From contig OZ219866.1 in the NCBI GenBank assembly GCA_964291675.2, forward strand, positions 256,001 through 320,000: a DNA stretch of 64,000 bases, read 5' to 3'. The notes beneath the pieces were generated by a model. The model ran no database searches. It was not told where the DNA came from and worked only from the letters and a program-made list of their open reading frames with translations. This stretch comes from Alphaproteobacteria bacterium (GTDB lineage Bacteria > Pseudomonadota > Alphaproteobacteria > MPNO01). This document shows positions 52,186-60,175 of the stretch, piece after piece (the first letter of the stretch is position 1; every line of letters starts with the position of its first letter). The position numbers and the translations under genes were made by a program.

Positions 52186-52214
52186 GATATAGGCCAAGGC
52201 GCGACGATTATCAA
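52186..52214 (-). promoter_or_regulatory. Putative sigma70 promoter of the rpoZ-rsh operon
   Basis: TTGATA-N17-TATATC on the minus strand. Confidence 0.45.
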
Positions 52215-52819
52215 GTAAAATCAATAACATCGGGACCGCCGGTCGGAGCCGGGGCGAGCGGCGTGCAGCGCTGCCCGGGCGGCAGCGCGGCAACCAGCTC
52301 GGAAACCGTCCGGCCGCTCCCCGGATGCCGCCAGCCCGGCGCCAGCTCGGCCAGCGGCAACAGCACGAAGGCGCGCTCGCCGAGCCTGGGATGCGGCAGC
52401 ACCGGACCGCCGCCGGACCGGCCGGGGCTGCGGCACAGCCGGCCATAGGCGATCAGGTCGAGATCGATCTCCCGCGCCTCGTTGCGCGCCCGCCGCCTGC
52501 GCCCGAGCCGGTGCTCGACTTCGTGCAGCGTCGCCAGCAGGCGGCAGGGCGGGAGCGCGGTGGCGATCCGCGCCACGCCGTTGACGAAGTCGGGCTGGTC
52601 CGCGGCGGGGACCGGGGCGGAGCGGTACCAGCGCGACCGCGCGAGGATTCGCACCGGCTCCCGCGCGAGGTCCAGCAGGGCCCGCTCGCAGCTCTCCAGC
52701 GGCGATCCGCCCCGGGAGATCGGCAGATTGGAGCCGATGGCCACGAAGATTCCGTCGTCGCCGGCACCTAACGAAGTTGTGAACGCTCGATCGGAGAGCT
52801 TGGCCGTATCATCTGTCAT
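52211..52819 (-). CDS. folK: 2-amino-4-hydroxy-6-hydroxymethyldihydropteridine diphosphokinase
   Basis: AIGSNL, QPDFVNGV, R.IDLDLI, LPHPRL.ERAFVL.PL; start uncertain. Confidence 0.93.
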   Translation of the reverse strand: MTDDTAKLSDRAFTTSLGAGDDGIFVAIGSNLPISRGGSPLESCERALLDLAREPVRILARSRWYRSAPVPAADQPDFVNGVARIATALPPCRLLATLHEVEHRLGRRRRARNEAREIDLDLIAYGRLCRSPGRSGGGPVLPHPRLGERAFVLLPLAELAPGWRHPGSGRTVSELVAALPPGQRCTPLAPAPTGGPDVIDFT

Positions 52820-52947
52820 CGCAGTATTGGCATGGCAGCACGCAGAAAGAGAATAGTGCGAGAGATGTACAAGCAACGGTGCGGAGCGCTAAACTGCATC
52901 TGCGATCGCCGCTGCTGGACAGCTTCCGAAAGGTGGGCGCGAAACCC

Positions 52948-53556
52948 ATGAATTTTCATCCGCAGGAACGCATAGCCATATTCATCGACGGCTCGAACCT
53001 GTACTCGGCGGCCCGGGCGCTCGGCTTCGACATCGACTACAAGAGCCTGTTGGAGCTGTTTTCCGCCCAGGGACGGCTGGTGCGGGCATTCTACTACACC
53101 GCCCTGGTGGAGGATCAGGAATATTCGCCGATCCGTCCGCTGGTCGACTGGCTCGACTATAACGGCTACACGCTGGTCACCAAGCCGACCAAGGAATTCA
53201 CCGACGCGATGGGACGCCGCAAGATCAAGGGCAATATGGACATCGAGCTCGCCATCGACGTGATGGAGATGGCCAAGAAGGTCGACCATATCGTCCTGTT
53301 CTCCGGCGACGGCGACTTCCGCCGGCTGATCGAGGCGGTGCAGCGCAAGGCGGTGCGGGTCAGCGTGGTGTCCACGCTGCGCTCCTCGCCGCCGATGGTC
53401 GCAGACGAGCTGCGCCGCCAGGCGGACTCCTTCATCGAGCTGCAGGACCTCGCGCCGCAGATCGCGCGCGCGCCGCGCCAGACGGAGAGCCGCCAGGCCG
53501 AGCACCGCATGCCGACGCCGGCGCGGCCCGATCTGGATACCGTGGACGCCGACTGA
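52948..53556 (+). CDS. NYN domain protein (LabA/DUF88)
   Basis: FIDGSN, KGNMDIELAID, SGDGDF, LRRQAD.F. Confidence 0.93.
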   Translation: MNFHPQERIAIFIDGSNLYSAARALGFDIDYKSLLELFSAQGRLVRAFYYTALVEDQEYSPIRPLVDWLDYNGYTLVTKPTKEFTDAMGRRKIKGNMDIELAIDVMEMAKKVDHIVLFSGDGDFRRLIEAVQRKAVRVSVVSTLRSSPPMVADELRRQADSFIELQDLAPQIARAPRQTESRQAEHRMPTPARPDLDTVDAD

Positions 53557-53576
53557 CCCGCCGCAAGCGGCAACCC

Positions 53577-54218
53577 GTGGAGCCGAGGCAACCGCCGCCG
53601 GACTGCGACCTGTGCCCCCGCCTGGCCGCATTCCGGGACCGCCACCGCGCCGCCGAGCCCGGCTGGCACAACGCGCCGGTCCCCTCCTTCGGCCCGGTCG
53701 ATGCCCGCCTGCTCGTCGTCGGGCTCGCCCCGGGGCTGCGCGGCGCCAACCGGACCGGGCGGCCGTTCACCGGCGACTACGCGGGCGACCTGCTCTACGC
53801 CACCCTGCTCGATTTCGGCTTCGCGACGGGCGGCTACGACAGGCGGATCGACGACGGTCTCGCTTTGGTCGATTGCCGGGTGACCAACGCGGTGCGCTGC
53901 GTGCCGCCGGAGAACCGCCCGCTGGGGGGAGAGGCGACCGCCTGCCGCGGGTTCCTCGCCGGCGAGATCGAGGCGATGCCGCGGCTCGCCGTGATCCTCG
54001 CGCTCGGCACCGTCGCCCATGCCTCGGTCGTCCGCGCGCTCGGCCGCCGCATCGCCGACTTCAAGTTCGCGCACGGCGCGATGCACGCGCTCGACGGCGG
54101 AACGGTGCTCGCCGACAGCTACCACTGCTCGCGCTACAATCTGAACACCGGCCGGCTCACCGAAGCGATGTTCCACGCCGTCATCGCGATCGTCCGCGAG
54201 ACGCTCGACCGCGGCTAG
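53577..54218 (+). CDS. Uracil-DNA glycosylase family 5 (UdgB-like)
   Basis: CDLCPRL, GLAPG..GANRTGRPFTGD, RCVPP.N.P, SYHCSRYN..TGRLT. Confidence 0.92.
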   Translation: MEPRQPPPDCDLCPRLAAFRDRHRAAEPGWHNAPVPSFGPVDARLLVVGLAPGLRGANRTGRPFTGDYAGDLLYATLLDFGFATGGYDRRIDDGLALVDCRVTNAVRCVPPENRPLGGEATACRGFLAGEIEAMPRLAVILALGTVAHASVVRALGRRIADFKFAHGAMHALDGGTVLADSYHCSRYNLNTGRLTEAMFHAVIAIVRETLDRG

Positions 54219-56231
54219 CCCGACTTCCGCAACTCGGCACGCGTTTCGATTAATTTGACGTTTTTTCGGCGCGTGAAGTGGCAGCTTTCCGGGCTTTGGC
54301 TCTCGAGAACCGCGTGTAGTGCCGACCTACCCCCTTGATCGGGCCGGCGAAGCGCCGGACGCTGCGCCGATGTTCGTGCGCTGCAAGCGGCGCTTCAAGG
54401 ACGGTAAGGAGCACCGTTACTGGAGCGTGGTGGAGAACGTCCGGGTTCGCGGCGGGCGGGTCGTTCAGCGTCAGGTTCTCTATCTCGGCGAGATCAACGA
54501 CAGCCAGCGCGCGGCGTGGTGCCGCTCCATCGAGGTTGTGGAGGGCAAGTCGGGGTCTCGCCAGATGGCTCTGTTTCCCGAGGATCGCGACGCGCCGGCG
54601 CTGGACTGCGAGGTGGTCAAGATCGACGTGGCGGAGGTGTCGCTGCACGATCCGCGCCAGTGGGGGGCGCGCTGGCTCGCTCTGGCCTTGTGGGAGCGCC
54701 TGGATCTGGACCGCTTCTGGGGTGCGCGCCTGCCGCCGAGCCGGCAAGGCACGCGGTGGCTGGACGTGCTGAAGATATTGGTCTGCTACCGGCTGATCGA
54801 CCCTGGCAGTGAGTGGCGTCTTCACCGTCACTGGTACGAGCACAGCGCGCTGCGCGATCTTCTGGGCAGCGACCGGGCGATCGCCGACGACACGCTGTAT
54901 CGCTGCCTCGACAAGCTGGTCGCGCACAAGCAGGACTTCTTCTCGTTCCTGCGCGCCCGCTGGGCGACGTTGTTCGACGCGCGCTTCGACGTGCTGCTCT
55001 ACGATCTGACCTCGACCTATTTCGAGAGCGATCCGCCGTTCGAGGACAAGCGCCGCTTCGGCTACAGCCGGGACCGGCGCCCGGACTGCGTACAGGTGGT
55101 GATCGCGCTGATCGTCACGCCCGAGGGCTTCCCGCTGGCCTACGAGGTGATGCCAGGGAACACCGCCGAGCAGGCCACGCTGGCGGCGTTCCTGGAGAAG
55201 ATCGAGGGTCAATACGGCCGCTCCGAGCGGATCTGGATCATGGACCGCGGCATCCCCAGCGAGGAGACGCTGGCCTCGATGCGCGAGGGCGAGGCGCCGC
55301 TGCGCTATCTGGTGGGCACGCCCAAGGGCCGGCTGACGCGGCTCGAGACGGCATTCCTCGGCCTGCCCTGGCAGGAGGTGCGCCAGTCCGTGGACGTGAA
55401 GCTGCTGGTCGAAGACGGCGAACTCTACGTCCTGGTGCGCTCGGAGGGGCGGCTCTTGAAGGAGCGCGGCATGCGCCGGCGCCGGCTCGGCAAGCTGTGG
55501 CGCCGGCTGGCCGAGCTGCAAGGGCAGTCCAACAGCCGGGACCGGCTGATGCTCAAGCTCGGCGCCGCCAAGAAGGAGGCGGGCCGGGCCTGGAGCCTGG
55601 TCGACATCCGCCTGCCCGAGACCGACGAGGAACTCGCCGCCAACGGCTTCTCATTCCGCCTGCGGCGCGACCGGCTGCGCCGCGTCCGCCGCCGCGAGGG
55701 CCGCTACCTGTTGCGCTCCAACATGGTGGCCGAAGACCCGGCCACGCTGTGGCGCCTGTACATGCGGCTCATCGAGATCGAGCAAGCCTTCAAGGAGCTC
55801 AAGCACGAGCTTGCAATCCGGCCCATCTTCCATCGGCGCGAGGCGCGGATCGAGGCGCACATCTTCGTGTCCTTCATCGCCTACTGCCTGCTGGTGACGC
55901 TGAAGAACCTCGCCCGCCCCCGCGCCAACGGCCTGACCCCGCGTGCCATCATCGAGGCCTTCGCCACCATCCAGATGGTCGACGTCCACCTGCCGACCGC
56001 CGACGGCCGCCACCTCGTCCTGCCGCGCCACACCCGGCCGAACAAGCAGCACGAGCTTCTGCTGCACCAGCTCGGAATGACCCTGCCGCAACAACCGGCG
56101 CCGCGCATCGCCGCCTGACAACCCACGCCGCGCCTCTCCGTTCGGCGCCCTGTAGTGCCGACCTTTGGAGGTGCGATCACAGAGAATCAATGGGTTAGAG
56201 CCTCCATAACCGTTGAGTTGCGGAAGTCGGG
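54219..56231 (+). mobile_element. Intact IS1634-family insertion sequence
   Basis: Perfect 17-bp TIRs CCCGACTTCCGCAACTC / GAGTTGCGGAAGTCGGG; duplicated palindromic target (CTAG, up to GGCTAGCC depending on where the boundary is drawn); single DDE transposase. Confidence 0.93.
54370..56118 (+). CDS. IS1634-family DDE transposase
   Basis: LLYDLTSTYFE (D1), FGYSRD.RPD..QV, IMDRG (D2), IEQAFKELK..L.IRPIFH (E), RIEAHIFV.F.AY. Confidence 0.93.
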   Translation: MFVRCKRRFKDGKEHRYWSVVENVRVRGGRVVQRQVLYLGEINDSQRAAWCRSIEVVEGKSGSRQMALFPEDRDAPALDCEVVKIDVAEVSLHDPRQWGARWLALALWERLDLDRFWGARLPPSRQGTRWLDVLKILVCYRLIDPGSEWRLHRHWYEHSALRDLLGSDRAIADDTLYRCLDKLVAHKQDFFSFLRARWATLFDARFDVLLYDLTSTYFESDPPFEDKRRFGYSRDRRPDCVQVVIALIVTPEGFPLAYEVMPGNTAEQATLAAFLEKIEGQYGRSERIWIMDRGIPSEETLASMREGEAPLRYLVGTPKGRLTRLETAFLGLPWQEVRQSVDVKLLVEDGELYVLVRSEGRLLKERGMRRRRLGKLWRRLAELQGQSNSRDRLMLKLGAAKKEAGRAWSLVDIRLPETDEELAANGFSFRLRRDRLRRVRRREGRYLLRSNMVAEDPATLWRLYMRLIEIEQAFKELKHELAIRPIFHRREARIEAHIFVSFIAYCLLVTLKNLARPRANGLTPRAIIEAFATIQMVDVHLPTADGRHLVLPRHTRPNKQHELLLHQLGMTLPQQPAPRIAA

Positions 56232-56741
56232 CTAGCCGTGCATCTGCCTGTATGCGAGCAACGCGGTGAGAAAGGTGTCGGCCTGAAGGGTTCCCCGGAC
56301 GTCGCGCCAATCGCGAAATGCGCGTTCGGCGCTCTCGATGAGGTCGAGCGTCTCGCCTCGGGTGAACCGGCGGGCGCGGTCGTAATCGGCACGGTGGCGG
56401 GCTGCCTGGAGCTCGACAAAGGTTTGGGCCACATCGGTCAGCCCGGGCTGGATGGGTCGACCGTCGAAGCCACGGGAAAGCTTGCGGGATACGCGTCTCT
56501 GGGCGAATTGGTTCGCGGCCTGTTTCATGGCGGAGTGGCTGAACGCGCGTGCCAGGCAATCGCGGAGCGGGCCGCGGGGGCGGCCGGACAGCATGAGCCT
56601 CGTCGCTTCGTCGACAAGCAGGTGAAACAGGGCGTAGTAGGTGGCGGACACGGCCCGGCGAAGGCTGGCCTGCGAGGGCCTCCTGGGCTCCTTGACGGCA
56701 AGGAAACGCGCCTGTTTCAGAAGATCCGCCTGCAGCGTCAC
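56232..56741 (-). CDS. HEPN domain protein (RxxADY type)
   Basis: A.LRRAVSATYYALFH, H..M, F.ELQ..RH.ADY helical pattern; GTG start overlaps the upstream TGA. Confidence 0.8.
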   Translation of the reverse strand: MTLQADLLKQARFLAVKEPRRPSQASLRRAVSATYYALFHLLVDEATRLMLSGRPRGPLRDCLARAFSHSAMKQAANQFAQRRVSRKLSRGFDGRPIQPGLTDVAQTFVELQAARHRADYDRARRFTRGETLDLIESAERAFRDWRDVRGTLQADTFLTALLAYRQMHG

Positions 56742-57019
56742 ATCGCCTGCTCCATCTCGGATGCTCGGGGGAAACTGACATAGACCAGAACCTCGGTGCC
56801 GGCCTCCTCGCGCACCCGTTCCCGGATCATCCGACGCAGCAGGTGGCGGGTGTCGAAGTCGACGTCGTCGTCGCGCAGGACGGCCCGAACCCAGACGGCG
56901 GGATCGTCGGTCCAATCGGGCCCGGTCTCGATCTGCCACTCGGATACCGGCGTCGGGAGCCGGGGAAGACTTTGCAGCGCCTGTTCGATCGACTTTGCCG
57001 AGATTTCCATTTGCGTCAC
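56738..57019 (-). CDS. Small hypothetical protein coupled to the HEPN gene (putative antitoxin / NTase-like partner)
   Basis: 93 aa, DWTDDPAVWVRAVL motif, stop overlaps the HEPN start (GTGA). Confidence 0.7.
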   Translation of the reverse strand: MTQMEISAKSIEQALQSLPRLPTPVSEWQIETGPDWTDDPAVWVRAVLRDDDVDFDTRHLLRRMIRERVREEAGTEVLVYVSFPRASEMEQAM

Positions 57020-57084
57020 CCTGGCACCGTTGTCGCTCCCATCCGCGATCCCGGCAGGGGCACCGCGCGGCGGCCCCGGTCCGG

Positions 57085-57113
57085 AGTATGGTCGCGGGAG
57101 CTTGCGAATTCAA
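57085..57113 (-). promoter_or_regulatory. Putative sigma70 promoter for the partner-HEPN operon
   Basis: TTGAAT-N17-CATACT on the minus strand, 65 bp upstream of the small ORF. Confidence 0.55.
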
Positions 57114-57195
57114 TCTTCGGTAGTATCGCCGACACGGGTGCGTCCGCCGGGCCGCGGCGCCAGCGCTGCCGGCCCAGGGGTCGTCCGCGGCCGTG

Positions 57196-57660
57196 TCAGT
57201 CCCTGGCGCGCATGAGCCGCGCCTGCTGGCGCTGCCAGTCGCGCTTCTTCTCGGTCTGGCGCTTGTCGTACTGGCGCTTGCCGTGGGCCAGTCCGAGCTC
57301 CAGCTTGGCGATCCCGCGGTCGTTGAAATAGAGCCTGAGCGGCACCATGGTCGCGCCGTCGCGCTGCACCGCGCCCAGCAGCCGGTCGATCTGGCGGCGC
57401 TGCAGGAGCAGCTTGCGCGGGCGCCTTGCGTCGTGCCCGGCGGGCCCCGCCTGCTCGTATTCGTCGATATGCGCGTTGACCAGGAAGATCTCGCCTTCGA
57501 CCGGCCGCGCATAGGCTTCGGAGATGTTCGCCCGCCCGGCGCGCAGCGACTTCACCTCGCTGCCGGTGAGCTGGATCCCGGCTTCGAGAGAGGATTCTAT
57601 CGAGTAGTTGCGCCGTGCCTTGCGGTTGTCCGCCGCGACCCGGGTGGTCCCCCGCGCCAT
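57196..57660 (-). CDS. smpB: SsrA-binding protein
   Basis: [32 protein letters not shown]. Confidence 0.97.
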   Translation of the reverse strand: MARGTTRVAADNRKARRNYSIESSLEAGIQLTGSEVKSLRAGRANISEAYARPVEGEIFLVNAHIDEYEQAGPAGHDARRPRKLLLQRRQIDRLLGAVQRDGATMVPLRLYFNDRGIAKLELGLAHGKRQYDKRQTEKKRDWQRQQARLMRARD

Positions 57661-57664
57661 GGAG

Positions 57665-58540
57665 TCAATTGAGCAGCCCGGCGGAGCGCATCGCGTCCTC
57701 GACCGTGCGCCTGGAGCTCTCGGCGATCTCGCAGAGCGGCAGCCTGGTGTCGGGCAGGCACTTGCCGAGCAGGCTCGCGCCGTACTTCACCGGGCCCGGG
57801 CTGGTCTCGCAGAACAGGCCGGAATGGAGCGGCATCAGGCGCTCGTTGATGCGCTGGGCGGCATCGACCTCCCTGCCTTGCCAGGCGCGGTGCATCTCCG
57901 ACATGTCCTTCGGCGCGAGGTTGGCGGTCACCGAGATGCAGCCGTCGCCGCCCTGGGCGAGGAAGCCGAGCTGGGTCACGTCCTCGCCGGAGAGCTGGCA
58001 GAAATCGGCGCCGGCGGCGAGGCGCTGCTGCGTCGCGCGCGACACGTCGGCGGTGGCATCCTTGACGCCCACGATGTTGGGCAGCTCGGCGAGCCGGGCC
58101 ATGGTCTCGACCTTCATGTCGACGATCGAGCGCCCGGGGATGTTGTAAATGACGATCGGCAGGTCGGCCGCGTCGTTGAGCGCCTTGTAGTGCCGGTAGA
58201 GCCCTTCCTGGGTCGGCTTGTTGTAATAGGGCGTGACCACCAGCGCGGCGTCGGCGCCGGCCTCCTTGGCATGCAGCGTCAGCTCGACCGCCTCCTCGGT
58301 GCAGTTCGACCCGGTGCCGGCGATCACCGGCACCCGCCCCCTGGCGACGCCGATGCAGATCTCCGTCACCCGGCGGTGCTCCGCGTGGCTGAGCGTGGGC
58401 GATTCGCCCGTCGTCCCGCACGGCACCACGGCCTGGGTGCCCTCTTCGATCTGCCAGTCGATAAACGCCTCGTAGGCCTCCTCGTCGACCGCGCCGTCCC
58501 GGAACGGGGTGATCAACGCGCAGATGGAGCCGTTGAACAT
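57665..58540 (-). CDS. dapA: 4-hydroxy-tetrahydrodipicolinate synthase
   Basis: ALITPF, GTTGES, PYYNKP, YNIPGR, GVKDAT, SGED. Confidence 0.96.
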   Translation of the reverse strand: MFNGSICALITPFRDGAVDEEAYEAFIDWQIEEGTQAVVPCGTTGESPTLSHAEHRRVTEICIGVARGRVPVIAGTGSNCTEEAVELTLHAKEAGADAALVVTPYYNKPTQEGLYRHYKALNDAADLPIVIYNIPGRSIVDMKVETMARLAELPNIVGVKDATADVSRATQQRLAAGADFCQLSGEDVTQLGFLAQGGDGCISVTANLAPKDMSEMHRAWQGREVDAAQRINERLMPLHSGLFCETSPGPVKYGASLLGKCLPDTRLPLCEIAESSRRTVEDAMRSAGLLN

Positions 58541-58642
58541 CGTGACCTCCGGCGAGAGTTCGTCCGCCGCGCGCGCCGGCGGATCGCTGTCCGACAACCT
58601 ACCCCCGGTCCGGGGGGCGGGCAAGCGGCCGGGCGTCCGCCG

Positions 58643-58781
58643 CACCCCGTCGCGGCCGGCCCCCGGATCGAGTCCGGGGGCGATCCCGCCATCCATGCGG
58701 CCTCTCCGGCGGCGAGGCGGCCGGTCGGGAGGGATGCCGGCGCCCGTGGATGCCCGGAACAAGTCCGGGCAAGACGGGGTG
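58643..58781. repeat. Palindromic repeat of the CCGGAC..G.CCGG / ATCCA...TGGAT family
   Basis: Outer CACCCCGTC/GACGGGGTG, hairpins GCCCCCGGATCGAGTCCGGGGGC and GCCCGGAACAAGTCCGGGC. Confidence 0.75.
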
Positions 58782-58842
58782 GGGACGGGCATGACGGCTT
58801 GGGGGAGGCCCGGGCTTTCCGCCTCGCTCCGCGCCGAATGTC

Positions 58843-59406
58843 CTACCCGGACCCGCGCCCGCGCTCGAGCTCGGCGATGCGCTGTTCGAGCTCCTTGATC
58901 CGGCGCTCGAGGGCTTCGTTCCCGCCCGCGCCGTCCCCGGCTTCCGGCTCGCGCCCGGAAAGGGCGGCGAGCGAGCGCTGGAACTCCTCCAGATTGCGCC
59001 GCGACAGATCGGCCATCCGGTCGAGCGCGGTGCCGGGGTCGAACATCTCGCCCATCTGGCGGGCGACGTTCTGCTGGTGGTTGGCGAAGGCCTCCATGCC
59101 GCGCTCCAGAAAGGCGGCGAGCTGCGGCCCCACCCCCTCGCTATAGGCCTTGAGCGCCTGGCGCAGATAGTCGTGCGGCAGCACGCTGTGCCCCCTGGTC
59201 TCCTCCTCGGCGATGATCTGGGCGAGCACCGAGGCGGTGATGTCGCGCCCGGTCTTCTCGTCGCGCACCACGAACAGCTCGCCCGCCTTCACCATGCGGT
59301 GCAGATCGTCGAGCCTGACGAAGGATGCCGTCGCCGTGTTGTAGAGCCGGCGGTTGGCGTATTTCTTGATGACCACCGGTCGGTTCGGCGCGTCCTGGTC
59401 GGCCAC
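58843..59406 (-). CDS. phaR: Polyhydroxyalkanoate synthesis repressor
   Basis: IKKYANRRLYNT..., V.D.KTG.DIT..VLAQII.EEE; AAGGAG RBS. Confidence 0.95.
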   Translation of the reverse strand: MADQDAPNRPVVIKKYANRRLYNTATASFVRLDDLHRMVKAGELFVVRDEKTGRDITASVLAQIIAEEETRGHSVLPHDYLRQALKAYSEGVGPQLAAFLERGMEAFANHQQNVARQMGEMFDPGTALDRMADLSRRNLEEFQRSLAALSGREPEAGDGAGGNEALERRIKELEQRIAELERGRGSG

Positions 59407-59452
59407 GGGGGGGCTCCTTTCGGCACCATTGTGGCACAGCGGCGGGCGCTGC

Positions 59453-59541
59453 CGCGACGCAAAACGCGGCTCTTTTTGTGTCGCAAAAAGAGCTCTTGCA
59501 AATGCCGGAAGGCCGCCTATATTCCTTTTTGCAACGCAAAA
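59453..59541. promoter_or_regulatory. phaR/phaP divergent control region with three PhaR-box-like motifs and a phaP promoter
   Basis: CGCGACGCAAAA 59453, TTTTGTGTCGCAAAA about 59474, TTTTGCAACGCAAAA about 59527 (TGC-N3-GCA); TTGCAA-N16-TATATT at 59496-59523. Confidence 0.7.
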
Positions 59542-59571
59542 TACACCCCGTCGAATCCCAAGGAGAATCCG

Positions 59572-59991
59572 ATGACCGCCGAAAAGCCCGCCGCCAAGCC
59601 GACCGCCAAGCCCGCCCCCAAGGCCGCGCCCCGCATCGAGGAGCAGGTCGAGATGGCCAAGACCGTCGGCGCCGCCAATCTCGACGCGCTCGCCGAGGCC
59701 TCGGCGCTCGCCTTCGACGGCGCCCAGGCCTGCATCGCCGAGATGGCGGACTATGCCCGCGGCTCGGTCGCCAGCGGCTTCGACCTCGTCGAGCGCCTGT
59801 CCGCGGTGAAGACCCCGCAGGAGTTCGTCGCGATCCAGATCGAGGCCGGCAAGGACTCGGTCAACCGCGCCGTCGCGCAGACCACCAAGATCAACCGGAT
59901 GGTCGGCGACTCGGTGATCAAGGCGTCCGCGCCGCTGAACGCGCGCGCCAACGAGACCATGGAAGTCCTGCTCAAGCCCTACGCGGCGTAG
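59572..59991 (+). CDS. phaP: Phasin
   Basis: Amphipathic helical protein with L..VKTPQEFVAIQ and APLNAR motifs; AAGGAG RBS; divergent from phaR. Confidence 0.85.
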   Translation: MTAEKPAAKPTAKPAPKAAPRIEEQVEMAKTVGAANLDALAEASALAFDGAQACIAEMADYARGSVASGFDLVERLSAVKTPQEFVAIQIEAGKDSVNRAVAQTTKINRMVGDSVIKASAPLNARANETMEVLLKPYAA

Positions 59992-60128
59992 TATCGAGGG
60001 ACGCGCGGGCTCGGGATGAGGGCAATTTTCAGTTCCCTCATCCCGAGCAGCCCCGGACTTGATCCGGGGCGTATCGAAGGACGGCCGCGGATGCGTCGGC
60101 GGTTCCATCCGAAACGGATGCAGCCTAG
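59989..60128. repeat. Third, hybrid copy of the palindromic element
   Basis: CTCGGGATGAGGG...CCCTCATCCCGAG, inserted CCCCGGACTTGATCCGGGG hairpin, GTATCGAAGGA, right shell GGCGGTTCCATCCGAAACGGA..CTAG shared with the 17984-18177 element. Confidence 0.78.
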
Positions 60129-60175
60129 ACTCCCCGTCGACCGCCGGGGGTCGCCTCAAGCAAGGCGCGGAGGAG

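Noticed and set aside
52948-54218. NYN nuclease plus UDG as a defence system
   Set aside because: This pair sits in its usual conserved alphaproteobacterial context next to folK/rpoZ and smpB, so it looks like core genome.
57020-57195. tmRNA (ssrA) next to smpB
   Set aside because: The gap is too short and lacks tRNA-like ends or a tag reading frame.
56742-57512. N-terminal extension making the HEPN ORF 426 aa
   Set aside because: It overlaps smpB and the 93-aa ORF in other frames. The GTG at 56741 coupled to the upstream stop is the more plausible start.
58541-58842. Lysine riboswitch upstream of dapA
   Set aside because: The structure is explained by the palindromic repeat family, and no L-box consensus was recognised.
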